A DNA stretch of 64,000 nt from Pseudomonadota bacterium (GCA_021324155.1 JAJPJQ010000014.1:1166-65165), one strand, 5' to 3'; counted from the stretch's first letter, positions 1 to 10,916 are shown. Numbers and translations are program-made. Notes: a model not told the origin generated them from the sequence alone.

Positions 1-664
1 ATTCCGACTGAGCAATAATCTTCACGGAAGAGTCTTAGGGTCACTCATGAAAAGCGTGTCACGCTGACGCACCTCTTCTTCGCCGGACTTCTCCAGCCCT
101 GCCACACCAGAGTCTAATCGGTCTCACACGACCAGACGTCAGTCACTCATCTGTGCTCTTCGGCACATCGTTGAGTGCGACTGCGGTCTCGCCAGCGCAT
201 TAACTTTTGCTCAGATTCTTCTCCGCAATAATTCTCATCTCCTACTCTCGTCGTATTTTTTCCGACTCATAACCTCCCTCCGCAAAATAATTCGCGAAAT
301 TCCATGAATCTCGCGACACGTCGCGGGTGATTACCCGATAGAGATTCGCGCGGAAAACCTGCTAAGCAATTACCACGGCGAAAATTTCGCCGAGGAATTA
401 ACCCCAAGTTCCGAATTTAACCAAAGAAGCTCCGTCTAATTAATCTTAGCGCGGATTTTTTTTATCCGCCGGTAGCGCGCGCAGGAGCGAAAAAGGAAAA
501 AGATTTTGCGAGAAGCCGACGAAAAAAATCTCGAATCACCATTGTCCCCGCTCGAATACCGGCCGGAGCTGCCGGCCGATAAAACCGATAAACCGGAGCG
601 ACCGCTTCGCGCGCGCCATAGAAACGTCCTGACCGGCTATCACCGGCCCGCGGCCGACTACTTC

Positions 665-3121
665 ATGACGCGGCCGCGCGTCGCCGGCAAATTTATTTTT
701 GCCGGCGGTGAAAAGTTCTGGGTGCGCGGCGCGACCTACGGCACGTTTCGGCCCCAGGCAGACGGCAGCGAGGCGCTCGACCGCGAAGTCGTCGAGTGCG
801 ACTTCGCGCTCATGGCTGCCCACGGGCTGAACGCCGTGCGCACGTACACGGTGCCGCCGCGCTGGCTGCTCGACGCCGCGATGCGGCACGGGCTGCGCGT
901 CATGGTCGGCATTCCGTGGGAGCAGCACATCGCCTTTCTCGACGACGCCGAGCGCCGCCGCTCGATCGAGCAGCGCGTGCGCACCGCGGTGCGCTCGCTG
1001 CGCGGCCATCCGGCGCTGCTTTGTTACGCGATCGGAAACGAGATCCCCGCGCAGATCGCGCGCTGGTACGGCGCGCGCAAGATCGAGCGCTTCATCCGGC
1101 GGCTCTACCGCGCCGCGAAGAGCGTCGACCCGGAGGCGCTCGTGACCTACGTCAATTATCCGACGACGGAATATCTCAACCTGCCGTTTCTCGATCTCGT
1201 CTGCTTCAACGTCTATCTCGAATCGAAGGAGCGCCTCGAGAAATATCTCGCGCGCATTCACAACCTCGCGGGCGACCGGCCGGTGATCCTCGCCGAGATC
1301 GGCCTCGACAGCCGGCGCAACGGCGAGTTCGCGCAGGCGGTGTCGGTCGAGTGGCAGATCCGCACAACCTTCGCTTCCGGCGCCGCAGGCGCGTTCGTCT
1401 TCGCCTGGACCGATGAATGGCATCGCGGCGGCTACGATATCGACGATTGGGATTTCGGGCTCACCACGCGCGACCGGCGGCCGAAGCCGGCGCTCGCGGC
1501 GGCGCGCAAGGCGTTCGCCGAGACGCCGTTCCCGGCGCGGGCGCACTGGCCGTTCATCTCCGTCGTCGTGTGCTCGTACAACGGCGAACGCACGATCCGC
1601 GACTGTCTCGATGGGCTGACGCGCTTGAGTTACCCCAACTACGAAGTCATCGTCGTCAATGACGGCTCGACCGACGCGACGGAAAAAATCGCTTCCGAAT
1701 ATAACTTTCGCGTCATCAGCACGAAGAATCAGGGTCTCAGCGCCGCGCGCAACGTGGGCTGGCGGGCGGCGGCCGGCGAGATCGTCGCCTACATCGACGA
1801 CGACGCCTATCCCGACCCGCACTGGCTCGTCTATCTGGCCAACGCGTTCATGCATACGAACCACGGCGGCATCGGCGGCCCCAACGTGGCGCCGAGCGGC
1901 GGGGGACTGATCGCCGACTGCATCGCGCACGCGCCGGGCGGGCCGGTGCACGTGCTGGTCTCCGACGAAGAGGCGGAGCACATTCCCGGCTGCAACATGG
2001 CGTTTCGCAAGTCGGCGCTCGCGGCGATCGGCGGATTCGATCCGCAGTTCCGCGCCGCCGGCGACGACGTGGACGTCTGTTGGCGGCTGCAAAAAAACGG
2101 CTACACGATCGGCTTCACGCCCGCCGCGCTGGTCTGGCATCACCGGCGCGGTTCGCTCGCGGCGTACTGGAAGCAGCAGGCCGGCTACGGCAAGGCCGAG
2201 GCACTGCTCGAGCGGAAATGGCCGGAGAAGTACAACGCCGCCGGCCATCTCACGTGGGCCGGCCGCGTCTACGGCAACGGCCACACGCACGGGCTCGGGA
2301 AAAAATGGCGCATCTACTACGGCACCTGGGGCGGCGCGCTCTTCCAGTCGCGCCACGACGCGGCGCCGGGATTGCTGCTGTCGCTGCCGCTCATGCCCGA
2401 GTGGTACCTCGTGATCGTGGCACTGGCATGGCTCTCGGCCGTCGGAATTTTCTGGCCGCCGCTGCTCGGGTTCCTGCCGCTCTTCCTTCTCGCGCTCGCC
2501 GCTCCGCTGGCGCAGGCGTTCATCAGCGGCGCGCGCGCGCCGTTCTGCGACGCTTGGCACGTGAAATGCCTGGGCATGCGGGCCGTGATCGCCTGGCTGC
2601 ATCTGCAGCAGCCGCTGGCGCGCCTGTGCGGGCGCATTCGCTACGATCTGACGCCGTGGCGCAAGCGCGGCGTTGCGGGCACGGCGTTTCCGGCGCCGCG
2701 GTCGTTTCGCCTCTGGAGCGAGGCGTGGCAGGGCGCGCCGGAAAGGCTCGCGGCGGTCGAACAGGCACTCCGAAGCCACGGCGCGTCAGTCGCGTGCGGC
2801 GGCGACTTCGACGAGTGGGACCTGGAAGTGCGCGACGGCGTCTTCGCGGCGGTGCGCATGCGCATGGCGATCGAGGAGCACGGCGGCGGCAAACAGCTCG
2901 TGCGCTTTCGGGCAGCTCCGGTGTTCGCGAAAGGCGTGGTGTTTCTGCTGATCGGCTGTATCGGCATGAGCCTCGGCGCCGCGCATGACCACGCCTGGAT
3001 GGCGAGCGCGGCGATCGCCGTCGTCGCTGCGATTTTTTTCACGCGCAGCTTTCAGGACTGCGCCGCTGCGATGTCGGCCGTCGTCTCCAGCCTGAAGCGG
3101 CTGGGGGCCGGCGAGGATTGA
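665..3121 (+). CDS. Fusion of a clan GH-A-like TIM-barrel glycoside hydrolase domain, a family 2 glycosyltransferase and C-terminal membrane helices
   Basis: The N-terminal part has AIGNEIP (acid/base) and ILAEIG (nucleophile) motifs. The GT2 part has VVVCSYN, VVNDGS, YIDDDA and GDDVD. The C-terminus is hydrophobic. The ORF is open from a TTG at 506; the ATG at 665 is my chosen start and is uncertain. Confidence 0.85.
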   Translation: MTRPRVAGKFIFAGGEKFWVRGATYGTFRPQADGSEALDREVVECDFALMAAHGLNAVRTYTVPPRWLLDAAMRHGLRVMVGIPWEQHIAFLDDAERRRSIEQRVRTAVRSLRGHPALLCYAIGNEIPAQIARWYGARKIERFIRRLYRAAKSVDPEALVTYVNYPTTEYLNLPFLDLVCFNVYLESKERLEKYLARIHNLAGDRPVILAEIGLDSRRNGEFAQAVSVEWQIRTTFASGAAGAFVFAWTDEWHRGGYDIDDWDFGLTTRDRRPKPALAAARKAFAETPFPARAHWPFISVVVCSYNGERTIRDCLDGLTRLSYPNYEVIVVNDGSTDATEKIASEYNFRVISTKNQGLSAARNVGWRAAAGEIVAYIDDDAYPDPHWLVYLANAFMHTNHGGIGGPNVAPSGGGLIADCIAHAPGGPVHVLVSDEEAEHIPGCNMAFRKSALAAIGGFDPQFRAAGDDVDVCWRLQKNGYTIGFTPAALVWHHRRGSLAAYWKQQAGYGKAEALLERKWPEKYNAAGHLTWAGRVYGNGHTHGLGKKWRIYYGTWGGALFQSRHDAAPGLLLSLPLMPEWYLVIVALAWLSAVGIFWPPLLGFLPLFLLALAAPLAQAFISGARAPFCDAWHVKCLGMRAVIAWLHLQQPLARLCGRIRYDLTPWRKRGVAGTAFPAPRSFRLWSEAWQGAPERLAAVEQALRSHGASVACGGDFDEWDLEVRDGVFAAVRMRMAIEEHGGGKQLVRFRAAPVFAKGVVFLLIGCIGMSLGAAHDHAWMASAAIAVVAAIFFTRSFQDCAAAMSAVVSSLKRLGAGED

Positions 3122-4872
3122 TGGCTGCTCGGCGCTACAGCACGCTGGCGGTCTACCGGCGGCTGCTCCGGGAGACCGGCGGCTATCGTCTTCATCTGGC
3201 GGCGATATTTTTTTTCAGCCTGCTCGCCGCGCCGCTGACGCTGCTGATTCCGATTCCGCTGAAGATCGCCGTCGACAACGTCATCGGCTCGCGTCCGGTC
3301 GCCGGCCGGCTGGCGGCTTTGCTTCCGGTCTCGATGGCCTCCGGCACGCCGCTGCTGGTCTTTTGCGTCGTTCTACTGATCGCCATCTACTGTCTGCATC
3401 AATTGCAGCAGCATGGAACCGCCGTGCTGAAAATCTACACGAGCGAGAAATTAACCCTCGCGTTCCGGGCCAAGCTGCTGCGCCAAGCGCAGCGGCTTTC
3501 GCTTTTCTACCACGACAGCCGTGGAACGACCGACTCCACGTATCGCATCCAGTATGACGCAACTGCGATTCAGTGGCTGCTGATCGACGGCGTCACCCCG
3601 TTCGTGACCGCCGCCTTCACGCTCTGCGGCATGATCTACGTCGCCGCGTCGATCGATTGGCAGCTCGCGCTCGTCGCGCTCGCGATCTCGCCGGTCCTGG
3701 CGTTGATCGTTTACGCCTACCGCGGCCGGCTGCGCCGCAAGTGGAACCAGGCGTACCAATTGCAGAGCTCGGCGATGTCGGTCGTGCAGGAGGTGCTTTC
3801 GGCCGTGCGCGTCGTGCGCGCCTTCGGACAAGAAGAGCGCGAGCACGAGCGTTTTATCCGCCATTCGAGCGAAAGCGTATGGGCGCGCATCCGCATCGCG
3901 TTTGACGAGGGCAGCTTCGGTCTGCTCGTCGGACTGACCATCGCCGTCGGCACCGCCGCTGTTTTGTTTATCGGCGCCGATCATGTCCGCGCCGGGGCGC
4001 TGACGCTCGGCGGGCTGCTCCTGATTATGGCGTATCTATCGCAGCTTTACGCGCCGCTCGAGACGCTGAGCTCGATGGCGACGCATATCGAGGCGTCGAT
4101 GGTGAGCGCCGAGCGGGCGTTTTCGCTTCTCGACGAGCCTCCGGATGTCGTCGAAAAACCCGGCGCCTTTCCGATCGGCCGCAGCGACGGCGCGATCGCC
4201 TTTCGCCGAGTCGCGTTTGCTTACGAAAACGACCGGCGCGTGCTCGACGATATTTCCTTCGACATCGCGGCCGGGTCGCGGGTCGGCATCACCGGCATGA
4301 CGGGCGGCGGAAAGACGACGCTGGTGAGCCTGCTGACGCGGTTTTTCGACCCGACCGCCGGGCAAATCCTGCTCGACGGCGTCGACCTGCGCGACTATAA
4401 AATCGCCGACCTTCGAAATCAGTTCGCCATCGTGCTGCAGGAGTCCGTGTTGTTTTCGGCCAGCATCGCGGAAAACATCGCGTACGCCCGGCCGGACGCC
4501 ACTCAGGCCGAGATCGTCGCCGCCGCTAAGTTGGCGCACGTCGACGATTTCGTCGTCCGGCTTCGCGACGGATACGACACGCAGGTCGGCGAGCGCGGCA
4601 TGAGCCTTTCGGGAGGCGAGCGCCAGCGCATCGCGCTCGCGCGCGCGTTCCTGCGCGATGCGCCGGTTCTCATCCTCGACGAGCCGACCAGCTCGGTCGA
4701 CATGAAGACCGAAGCGCTGATTCTCGACGCCATGCAGCGGCTGATGTACGGCCGCACTTCGTTCATCATCACGCATCGGCCCGGTATGCTGAAAAACTGC
4801 GACGTCCATCTCGAGATTGAGAACGGCCGGTTGCGCGAAGTCGCGCGCGCCGCCGCCGCCGGCGGCAGCTAA
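3121..4872 (+). CDS. ABC exporter, fused TMD-NBD (MsbA-like)
   Basis: N-terminal TM helices, Walker A GMTGGGKT, signature LSGGERQR and Walker B LILDE. It is coupled to the upstream stop codon. Confidence 0.92.
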   Translation: MAARRYSTLAVYRRLLRETGGYRLHLAAIFFFSLLAAPLTLLIPIPLKIAVDNVIGSRPVAGRLAALLPVSMASGTPLLVFCVVLLIAIYCLHQLQQHGTAVLKIYTSEKLTLAFRAKLLRQAQRLSLFYHDSRGTTDSTYRIQYDATAIQWLLIDGVTPFVTAAFTLCGMIYVAASIDWQLALVALAISPVLALIVYAYRGRLRRKWNQAYQLQSSAMSVVQEVLSAVRVVRAFGQEEREHERFIRHSSESVWARIRIAFDEGSFGLLVGLTIAVGTAAVLFIGADHVRAGALTLGGLLLIMAYLSQLYAPLETLSSMATHIEASMVSAERAFSLLDEPPDVVEKPGAFPIGRSDGAIAFRRVAFAYENDRRVLDDISFDIAAGSRVGITGMTGGGKTTLVSLLTRFFDPTAGQILLDGVDLRDYKIADLRNQFAIVLQESVLFSASIAENIAYARPDATQAEIVAAAKLAHVDDFVVRLRDGYDTQVGERGMSLSGGERQRIALARAFLRDAPVLILDEPTSSVDMKTEALILDAMQRLMYGRTSFIITHRPGMLKNCDVHLEIENGRLREVARAAAAGGS

Positions 4873-4901
4873 GCCGGCGCAGCCGGCATCCTCGGTGTAA
4901 A

Positions 4902-6068
4902 GTGAAGCAGCGCCGCCTCATCGTGGTCGGAACTCTCGCCTCGAATCCCTACGCGGGCATGGCGTGGATGCACATGCAGATCGCCGCTGGACTGCGCCGG
5001 CTCGGCCACGACGTCTATTATTTCGAGACCACTTCGGTGTGGCCCTACGATCCCGAGCGCGCGACGGCGGTCAACGACTCGACATACGCGCTTCCTTATT
5101 TGCAGCGCGTCGCCGCGGCCTTCGATCTCGCCGACCGCTGGGCCTATCGGCGCAGCTATGCGGACAAGCAGTGGTTCGGCATCGACGGAGGCAGGGCGGA
5201 GGACTTGCTCGCGCATGCCGACGCTGTGCTGAATATCACGGGCGCCACGCGCTTCGCCGAAGAAGGGTTGCGCGTCGGCCGGCTCGTCTATGTCGGCACC
5301 GATCCGGGCGTGCACGAGATCGGCTTCGCCGAAGGCGATCCCGATACGCGCGCGATCGTCGAAGAGCATCACGATTGCGTTACCTACGGAGAGAACATCG
5401 GAAAATCGAGCTGCGCGATTCCGGCGCTGCCGCGGCTGCGGGCGACGACGCGACAGCCCGTCCTGCTCGATTTCTGGCGCGGCGGGCTGCCGTCGAAGAA
5501 CACATTCACGACCGTCGGCAACTGGAAGCAGGCCGGGCGCGACCTCGCCTTCAGGGGGGAGACCTACTTCTGGAGCAAGCACCACGAGTTCGTGAAATTC
5601 ATCGATGTTCCCAAGCGCGCTGCTCAGCCGGTCGAGCTGGCGACGGGATTGGATAATCTCGGCGCCGACGACGCGGAATTCCTTCAATCGAACGGCTGGC
5701 GTCTCGTCGACGCCCATCCTTTGACGCTGAGCCCGCAGCCGTACCGCGACTATATTTGCGCGTCGCGCGGCGAGCTTACGGTCGCGAAGGACTTGAACGT
5801 GCGGCTCAAAAGCGGCTGGTTCAGCGAGCGGAGCGCCTGCTATCTGGCCGCCGGGCGCCCCGTCATCACGCAGGACACAGGCTTCGATGCCGTTCTGCCC
5901 ACCGGACGCGGCCTATTTGCGTTTAATACCGTGGAAGAAATTCTCGCGGCGCTCGACGCGATCAACTCCGATTACGAAAGAGAAAGCCGCGCCGCGCGCG
6001 CAATCGCCGAGGAGTATTTCAAAGCCGAAACCGTCCTGGCGCGCCTGCTGAGCGATTTGGGGTTGTGA
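4902..6068 (+). CDS. Putative GT-B fold glycosyltransferase
   Basis: N-terminal GLRRLGHDVYYFE and C-terminal SERSACYLAAGRPVITQDTG resemble GT-B nucleotide-sugar binding segments. It lies in an operon with the GT2 and ABC exporter genes. Confidence 0.7.
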   Translation: MKQRRLIVVGTLASNPYAGMAWMHMQIAAGLRRLGHDVYYFETTSVWPYDPERATAVNDSTYALPYLQRVAAAFDLADRWAYRRSYADKQWFGIDGGRAEDLLAHADAVLNITGATRFAEEGLRVGRLVYVGTDPGVHEIGFAEGDPDTRAIVEEHHDCVTYGENIGKSSCAIPALPRLRATTRQPVLLDFWRGGLPSKNTFTTVGNWKQAGRDLAFRGETYFWSKHHEFVKFIDVPKRAAQPVELATGLDNLGADDAEFLQSNGWRLVDAHPLTLSPQPYRDYICASRGELTVAKDLNVRLKSGWFSERSACYLAAGRPVITQDTGFDAVLPTGRGLFAFNTVEEILAALDAINSDYERESRAARAIAEEYFKAETVLARLLSDLGL

Positions 6069-6191
6069 GACGGCTCGTAAGACTCCTGTTTTGAAGCGAT
6101 CTACGGCGGGAGATTCCCTCCTTGCAAATCCCCCGGTCCGCGGCTAAAGAGGATGCCAAGCGGCGTAGGCAACGCGCGGCGCCGCGCGGAT

Positions 6192-7028
6192 ATGATCAAG
6201 AATATCCTGGTTCCGCTCGACGGCTCGGAGCACGCGAAGGGCGCGCTCGACTATGCCCTGTGGATGGCCGAGCGCTTCGGCGGCGCGCTCTTCGGCCAGC
6301 ACGTGATCGACACCGTGTCGATCGAAGGAACTTTTTTTCACGACATCTCGGGCTCGCTCGGCTTTGAGCCCTACATCGACATCTCGACCAAAATGCGCGA
6401 GGCGCTCGAGGAGCGCGGCAAGGCGATCCTCGAGGAATTCAGCCGGCGCTGCCGCGAGCGAAACATCCGCCACGAAGCCTTTCTAGACATCGGCCTCGTG
6501 CCCAACGAGATTTGCGAGCGCGCCAAGGCCGCCGACCTTGTCGTAATCGGGCACCGCGGCATCAACGAGGAATTCTCGACCGGCCTGCTCGGCGGGACGG
6601 CGGAGAACGTCACGCGCAAATCCCCGCGCCCGGTATTCGTCTCGACGCGATCCTTTCGCGCGATCGAGCGGCCGTTGCTCGCCTACGATGCGAGCCAGCG
6701 CGCCGGCGCCGCGATGGAATCGGCCGCGGAGTTCTGCGCGCGCTTCAAGCTGCCGCTCACCGTGCTGCACATCGCGCGCGACGAGACCCTGGGCGAAAAG
6801 GCGCTGCAGACTGCGCGCTCGTACTTGGCGTCCTACGAGATCGAGGCGCGCTACGAGCTCGCGCGCGGCTATCCCGAGCAGAAGATCATCGATTACCTTA
6901 CGAACTTCGCCTACGATCTTCTTTTCATCGGCGCGTACGGCCACCGGCGCATCATCGAGCTCGTGATTGGGAGCGCGACGGAATATGTCTTGCGTAAGAG
7001 CCCGCGCCCGGTATTCTTAAGCAGGTAG
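6192..7028 (+). CDS. Universal stress protein (tandem USP domains)
   Basis: IKNILVPLDGS, DLVVIGHRG...LLGGTAENV, and a second GAYGH...IGSATEYV motif. Confidence 0.92.
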   Translation: MIKNILVPLDGSEHAKGALDYALWMAERFGGALFGQHVIDTVSIEGTFFHDISGSLGFEPYIDISTKMREALEERGKAILEEFSRRCRERNIRHEAFLDIGLVPNEICERAKAADLVVIGHRGINEEFSTGLLGGTAENVTRKSPRPVFVSTRSFRAIERPLLAYDASQRAGAAMESAAEFCARFKLPLTVLHIARDETLGEKALQTARSYLASYEIEARYELARGYPEQKIIDYLTNFAYDLLFIGAYGHRRIIELVIGSATEYVLRKSPRPVFLSR

Positions 7029-7034
7029 AGAACA

Positions 7035-7841
7035 ATGAAATTCATCGCCGCCGCGATCCAGATGCTCGCCTCGGAGGACAAGGAGGCGAATGTCACGCAC
7101 GCCGAGAACGCCGTGCGCGAGGCGGCGGAGCGCGGCGCGCGCATGGCGGCGCTGCCGGAGGTCTTCAACTGGCGCGGCGACAAGGCGGACGAGAAGAAAC
7201 ACGCCGAGCCGCTCGCGGGGCCGACGGCCGAGCGCATGAGCCGGCTCGCGCGCGAATTGAAGATCTATCTTCTCGCGGGATCGTTTCTCGAAGAGATTCC
7301 CGAAGCCCGTAAGTGTTACAACACGAGCCTGCTTTTCGGTCCCGACGGCCGGCAGCTCGCGCGCTACCGCAAGATTCATCTCTTCGACGTTGCGATTGCG
7401 CGCGGGGTGACGGCGCTGGAATCAGAGACGCGCGAATACGGCGCCGACGTCGTCACCGCAGAGACCGAGTTCGGCCGCGTCGGCCTCACGGTCTGCTATG
7501 ATTTGCGCTTTCCCGAGCTGTATCGCGGGCTCGTCGACCATGGCGCGAAGATCATTTTTGTCCCCGCCGCTTTCACCGCGTTCACCGGCGAAGCGCACTG
7601 GGAGCCGCTGCTGCGGGCACGCGCGATCGAAAACCAGGCGTATGTGATCGCGCCGGATCAGATCGGCCACAATCCGAAAAGCTTTTCGACCTACGGCAAC
7701 TCGATGATCGTCGATCCGTGGGGCCGTATCCTCGCACGCGCGCCGGACAAGCCGTCTGTCATCACCGCCGAGATCGATCTCGACTATCTCGCGACAGTGC
7801 GCGAAGAGCTGCCCGCGCTCACGCACCGCCGGCTCCGCTGA
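7035..7841 (+). CDS. Carbon-nitrogen hydrolase (Nit1/deaminated glutathione amidase-like)
   Basis: Catalytic triad motifs LPE, YRKIHLFD and VCYDLRFPE, plus ARAIENQ. Confidence 0.92.
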   Translation: MKFIAAAIQMLASEDKEANVTHAENAVREAAERGARMAALPEVFNWRGDKADEKKHAEPLAGPTAERMSRLARELKIYLLAGSFLEEIPEARKCYNTSLLFGPDGRQLARYRKIHLFDVAIARGVTALESETREYGADVVTAETEFGRVGLTVCYDLRFPELYRGLVDHGAKIIFVPAAFTAFTGEAHWEPLLRARAIENQAYVIAPDQIGHNPKSFSTYGNSMIVDPWGRILARAPDKPSVITAEIDLDYLATVREELPALTHRRLR

Positions 7842-7870
7842 TTCCTCCTCCAGATAAACGGCACCAAAAT

Positions 7871-7885
7871 TGGCATAAAGGTTGC
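7871..7885 (+). promoter_or_regulatory. Putative sigma54 -24/-12 promoter
   Basis: TGGCATA-AAGG-TTGC matches TGGCAC-N5-TTGC spacing and ends 14 nt before the ATG at 7900. Confidence 0.55.
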
Positions 7886-7899
7886 GTCAAGCGGCGACC

Positions 7900-8943
7900 A
7901 TGCTTGCACTGTGGCTTACGCTGATTTTTCTGATCGTCCTTATCGGCCCGTTCGCCAGCCGAAAAATCGAGGGCAATCTCGAGGCGTTTCTTTTCGTCAT
8001 GGGAGTCGCGAGCGCCACGGTCTCGAGCGCCTGGGATGCGCATATAATACAGGAAGGCTTCGTCGCGCCGATCGAGATAACGCTCGCCGTGCTGATCGCC
8101 GGCGCGCTGTTCCACTACACGCGCGAATACCTCGACCGCATCATGACGCGAGTCCTTGTGACCGTGCCTCTGCCCGCGATCATCTTTGCCGGCGTCGTCG
8201 TGCTCGGGCTGCTCTCCAGCATCATCTCGGCGATTATCGCCGCGCTGCTCCTCGTTGAATTCATCAACGTGCTGCCGCTCCACCGCCGCGCCGAAGTGCA
8301 TCTCGCGATCGTCGCCTGCTTCGCGATCGGCCTCGGCGCCGCGCTGACGCCGCTCGGCGAGCCGCTCGCGACCATTGCGGTCTCGAAGCTCGCCGGCCCG
8401 CCGCACCACGCGGACTTCTTTTATCTCTTCAATCTCCTCGGCATGTACACCATTATGGCCGTGACCTTGCTCGGGGTCGCGGGAATCTTTCTCGTGCGGC
8501 GGGAGCCCGAGGATGTTGAGGAGACGCTTAGCGGCGAAGCCGAGCCGGGCGGCTTAGGCGACGTGTTCGTGCGCGCGTTCAAGGTCTATATCTTCGTCAT
8601 GGCGCTGATATTTCTGGGCGCGGGCTTCAAGCCGCTCATCGATAAGTATCTCGCGAACGTCTCCTCGCTCGTGCTTTTCTGGGTCAACATTGTCTCGGCG
8701 ATCCTCGACAACGCGACGCTCACGGCCGCCGAGATCGGGCCCTCGCTCAGCGAAGCGCAGATCAAGGCTGCGCTGCTCGGCCTTCTTATTTCCGGCGGTA
8801 TGCTGATCCCCGGCAACATCCCTAACATCATCGCGGCGCACGCACTCCGCATCAAAAGCACCGAGTGGGCCCGGCTCGGTGTGCCGCTGGGGCTCGTGAT
8901 GATGGTCGCGACGATGCTCCTCCTCATAGTGAGCGTTATCTGA
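7900..8943 (+). CDS. DUF1646-like multi-pass membrane protein (ion-transporter superfamily)
   Basis: About 10 TM helices with GLGAALTPLGEPL, SAILDNATLTAAEI and GGMLIPGNIPNII motifs. Confidence 0.75.
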   Translation: MLALWLTLIFLIVLIGPFASRKIEGNLEAFLFVMGVASATVSSAWDAHIIQEGFVAPIEITLAVLIAGALFHYTREYLDRIMTRVLVTVPLPAIIFAGVVVLGLLSSIISAIIAALLLVEFINVLPLHRRAEVHLAIVACFAIGLGAALTPLGEPLATIAVSKLAGPPHHADFFYLFNLLGMYTIMAVTLLGVAGIFLVRREPEDVEETLSGEAEPGGLGDVFVRAFKVYIFVMALIFLGAGFKPLIDKYLANVSSLVLFWVNIVSAILDNATLTAAEIGPSLSEAQIKAALLGLLISGGMLIPGNIPNIIAAHALRIKSTEWARLGVPLGLVMMVATMLLLIVSVI

Positions 8944-8993
8944 TTGCGCTCGGCTTTTGAGCGGCAGCCAGATTCCACGCGAAAGCGGATCAA

Positions 8994-10289
8994 TCACTCC
9001 GGCGCTATGATCCAGCTGACGATGAGGCCGACGCTCGCGGTAAATATCGCCGCCAGCGTCACGTAGCCGAGAATATTCAGCGCGCGGCTGTTCACCTGTC
9101 CGTTCATCACCTTATGATTGGTCGTCAGGCTCATGATCAATAAAAACAGCGGCGGCGTCGAGAAACCCTGCACGATCCCCGCCCACACAAGCGCCCTCAT
9201 GGGGTTGATGCCGGCGAAGTTGATAGCCACGGCAATGAGCGTGAATGCTGCGATCGCCGCGTAAAACGCTTTCGCCTCGCGCGGCTTCGCGTTGAGACTA
9301 TAGCGCCAGCGAAACGTCTGACAAAGATCGTAGGCTGCGCCGGCGGTCATTACCGGAACGGCAAGGAATCCGACGGCGACGATACCGACCGCGAACAGGA
9401 TTCCCGCCGCCGGCCCTGCCAGCGGCGCAAGCGCCTGAGCCGCCTCGGCCGCGGTCTGAATATCGTTTTTGCCGGCGCGGAAGAGCGTCGCAGCGGTCGA
9501 GAGAACGATGAAGTAGATGATCAAACTCGAAAAAAACATTCCTACCATGACGTCGCGGCGCGTGAGCCTCAGCTCTTGGTCGCTGGCGCCGCGCCGCTCG
9601 GCCAACTTCTTCTTTCCCATGGCGATTTGTTCCTCGACCTCTTCATTCGACTGCCAGGTAAAAATATAGGCGGAGAGCGAGCAGCCGATCGCGGCGACCA
9701 GCAGCGAGAGGAATTCGCGATTGAATTGGATCGTCGGGACGAAAGTTCCTTTCAGCGTCGGTAGGAGCTCGGGGCGCGCCAACAGCGACGAGCCCAGATA
9801 TGCGAGCAGGGCGAGGGCGAGCCAGCGAAATGTGTTCCGGATAAATGTGTACGAGCCCCAGAACTGCAGCGCCAGCACGACGGCGGCGACGATGACGACG
9901 GTGACCCGCTGCGGTACCGGAACGAGCACGTTGATCGCCGCCGCCATGCCGCCGAGATCCGCGGCAGCCTCGAAAACATTGCCGATCAACACGCCGACGA
10001 GAACGATGTAAAGAAACCAGCGCGGATACTGGCGCTCGATGACCGCAAAGAGTCCCTCGCCGGCAACCTGCCCCAGTTTCGAGGAGAGATAAACGACGGC
10101 GAACATCATCGGAAAGAGGAAAGGCACCGTCCAGAGAAACGAGAAACCAAACTTCGCGCCGGCGCTCGCGTACGTGCCGATGGCCGAAGGGTCGTCGTCC
10201 GCGGCGCCGGTGATGAGACCGAGTCCGATTGAACGCCAGAAGCCTTTGCGCACGTTGCTGTCGGACTGTTTTCGGTTTCGATTGCGCAT
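8994..10289 (-). CDS. NRAMP-family divalent metal cation transporter (MntH-related)
   Basis: GAADDDPSAIGTY TM1 motif, about 11 TM helices and FTWQSNEEVEE. Confidence 0.85.
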   Translation of the reverse strand: MRNRNRKQSDSNVRKGFWRSIGLGLITGAADDDPSAIGTYASAGAKFGFSFLWTVPFLFPMMFAVVYLSSKLGQVAGEGLFAVIERQYPRWFLYIVLVGVLIGNVFEAAADLGGMAAAINVLVPVPQRVTVVIVAAVVLALQFWGSYTFIRNTFRWLALALLAYLGSSLLARPELLPTLKGTFVPTIQFNREFLSLLVAAIGCSLSAYIFTWQSNEEVEEQIAMGKKKLAERRGASDQELRLTRRDVMVGMFFSSLIIYFIVLSTAATLFRAGKNDIQTAAEAAQALAPLAGPAAGILFAVGIVAVGFLAVPVMTAGAAYDLCQTFRWRYSLNAKPREAKAFYAAIAAFTLIAVAINFAGINPMRALVWAGIVQGFSTPPLFLLIMSLTTNHKVMNGQVNSRALNILGYVTLAAIFTASVGLIVSWIIAPE

Positions 10290-10392
10290 CTAAAAAAAAC
10301 GTACCCATCTCCCGTTCGCCGACAACCCGGGCAGAGGGCTGAATTTCTCCGCGAAATTACACCATAGCCGTAAACTGAATTGCAGTGCCCGT

Positions 10393-10429
10393 TGCTCAGC
10401 TTTTAGGCACGTTGCTTAAAGTCGAAGCA
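10393..10429. promoter_or_regulatory. Tandem NtrC-like enhancer sites (TGC-N11-GCA x2)
   Basis: TGCTCAGCTTTTAGGCA (10393-10409) and TGCTTAAAGTCGAAGCA (10413-10429) start 20 bp apart, upstream of a sigma54 promoter. Confidence 0.6.
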
Positions 10430-10493
10430 ACTTAGACAGCGGCCGAACGCGCCGCGGCACCCAATTTTTAACAGAAATTTTATTCGCCGCTGG

Positions 10494-10508
10494 CGGCACG
10501 GCGCTTGC
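10494..10508 (+). promoter_or_regulatory. sigma54 promoter of glnK-amtB
   Basis: CGGCACG-GCGC-TTGC upstream of the P-II gene. Confidence 0.7.
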
Positions 10509-10512
10509 GTAG

Positions 10513-10893
<381 letters not shown>

Positions 10894-10916
10894 AAATCGC
10901 GAGAGGAGAACAAGAG

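Noticed and set aside
1-300. Several minus-strand ATGAG(T/A) starts, one with a strong GGAGG RBS near 270, and repeated ACTCAT words
   Set aside because: All frames close within about 20 codons, and there is no regular spacing or recognisable RNA fold. I cannot support a gene, repeat array or CRISPR.
536-2779. 747-aa minus-strand ORF and many similar long antisense ORFs (for example 50649-52856, 24541-25935, 58784-59968)
   Set aside because: These are shadow ORFs of high-GC coding genes. They are Arg/Ala-rich, lack motifs and fully overlap well-supported genes.
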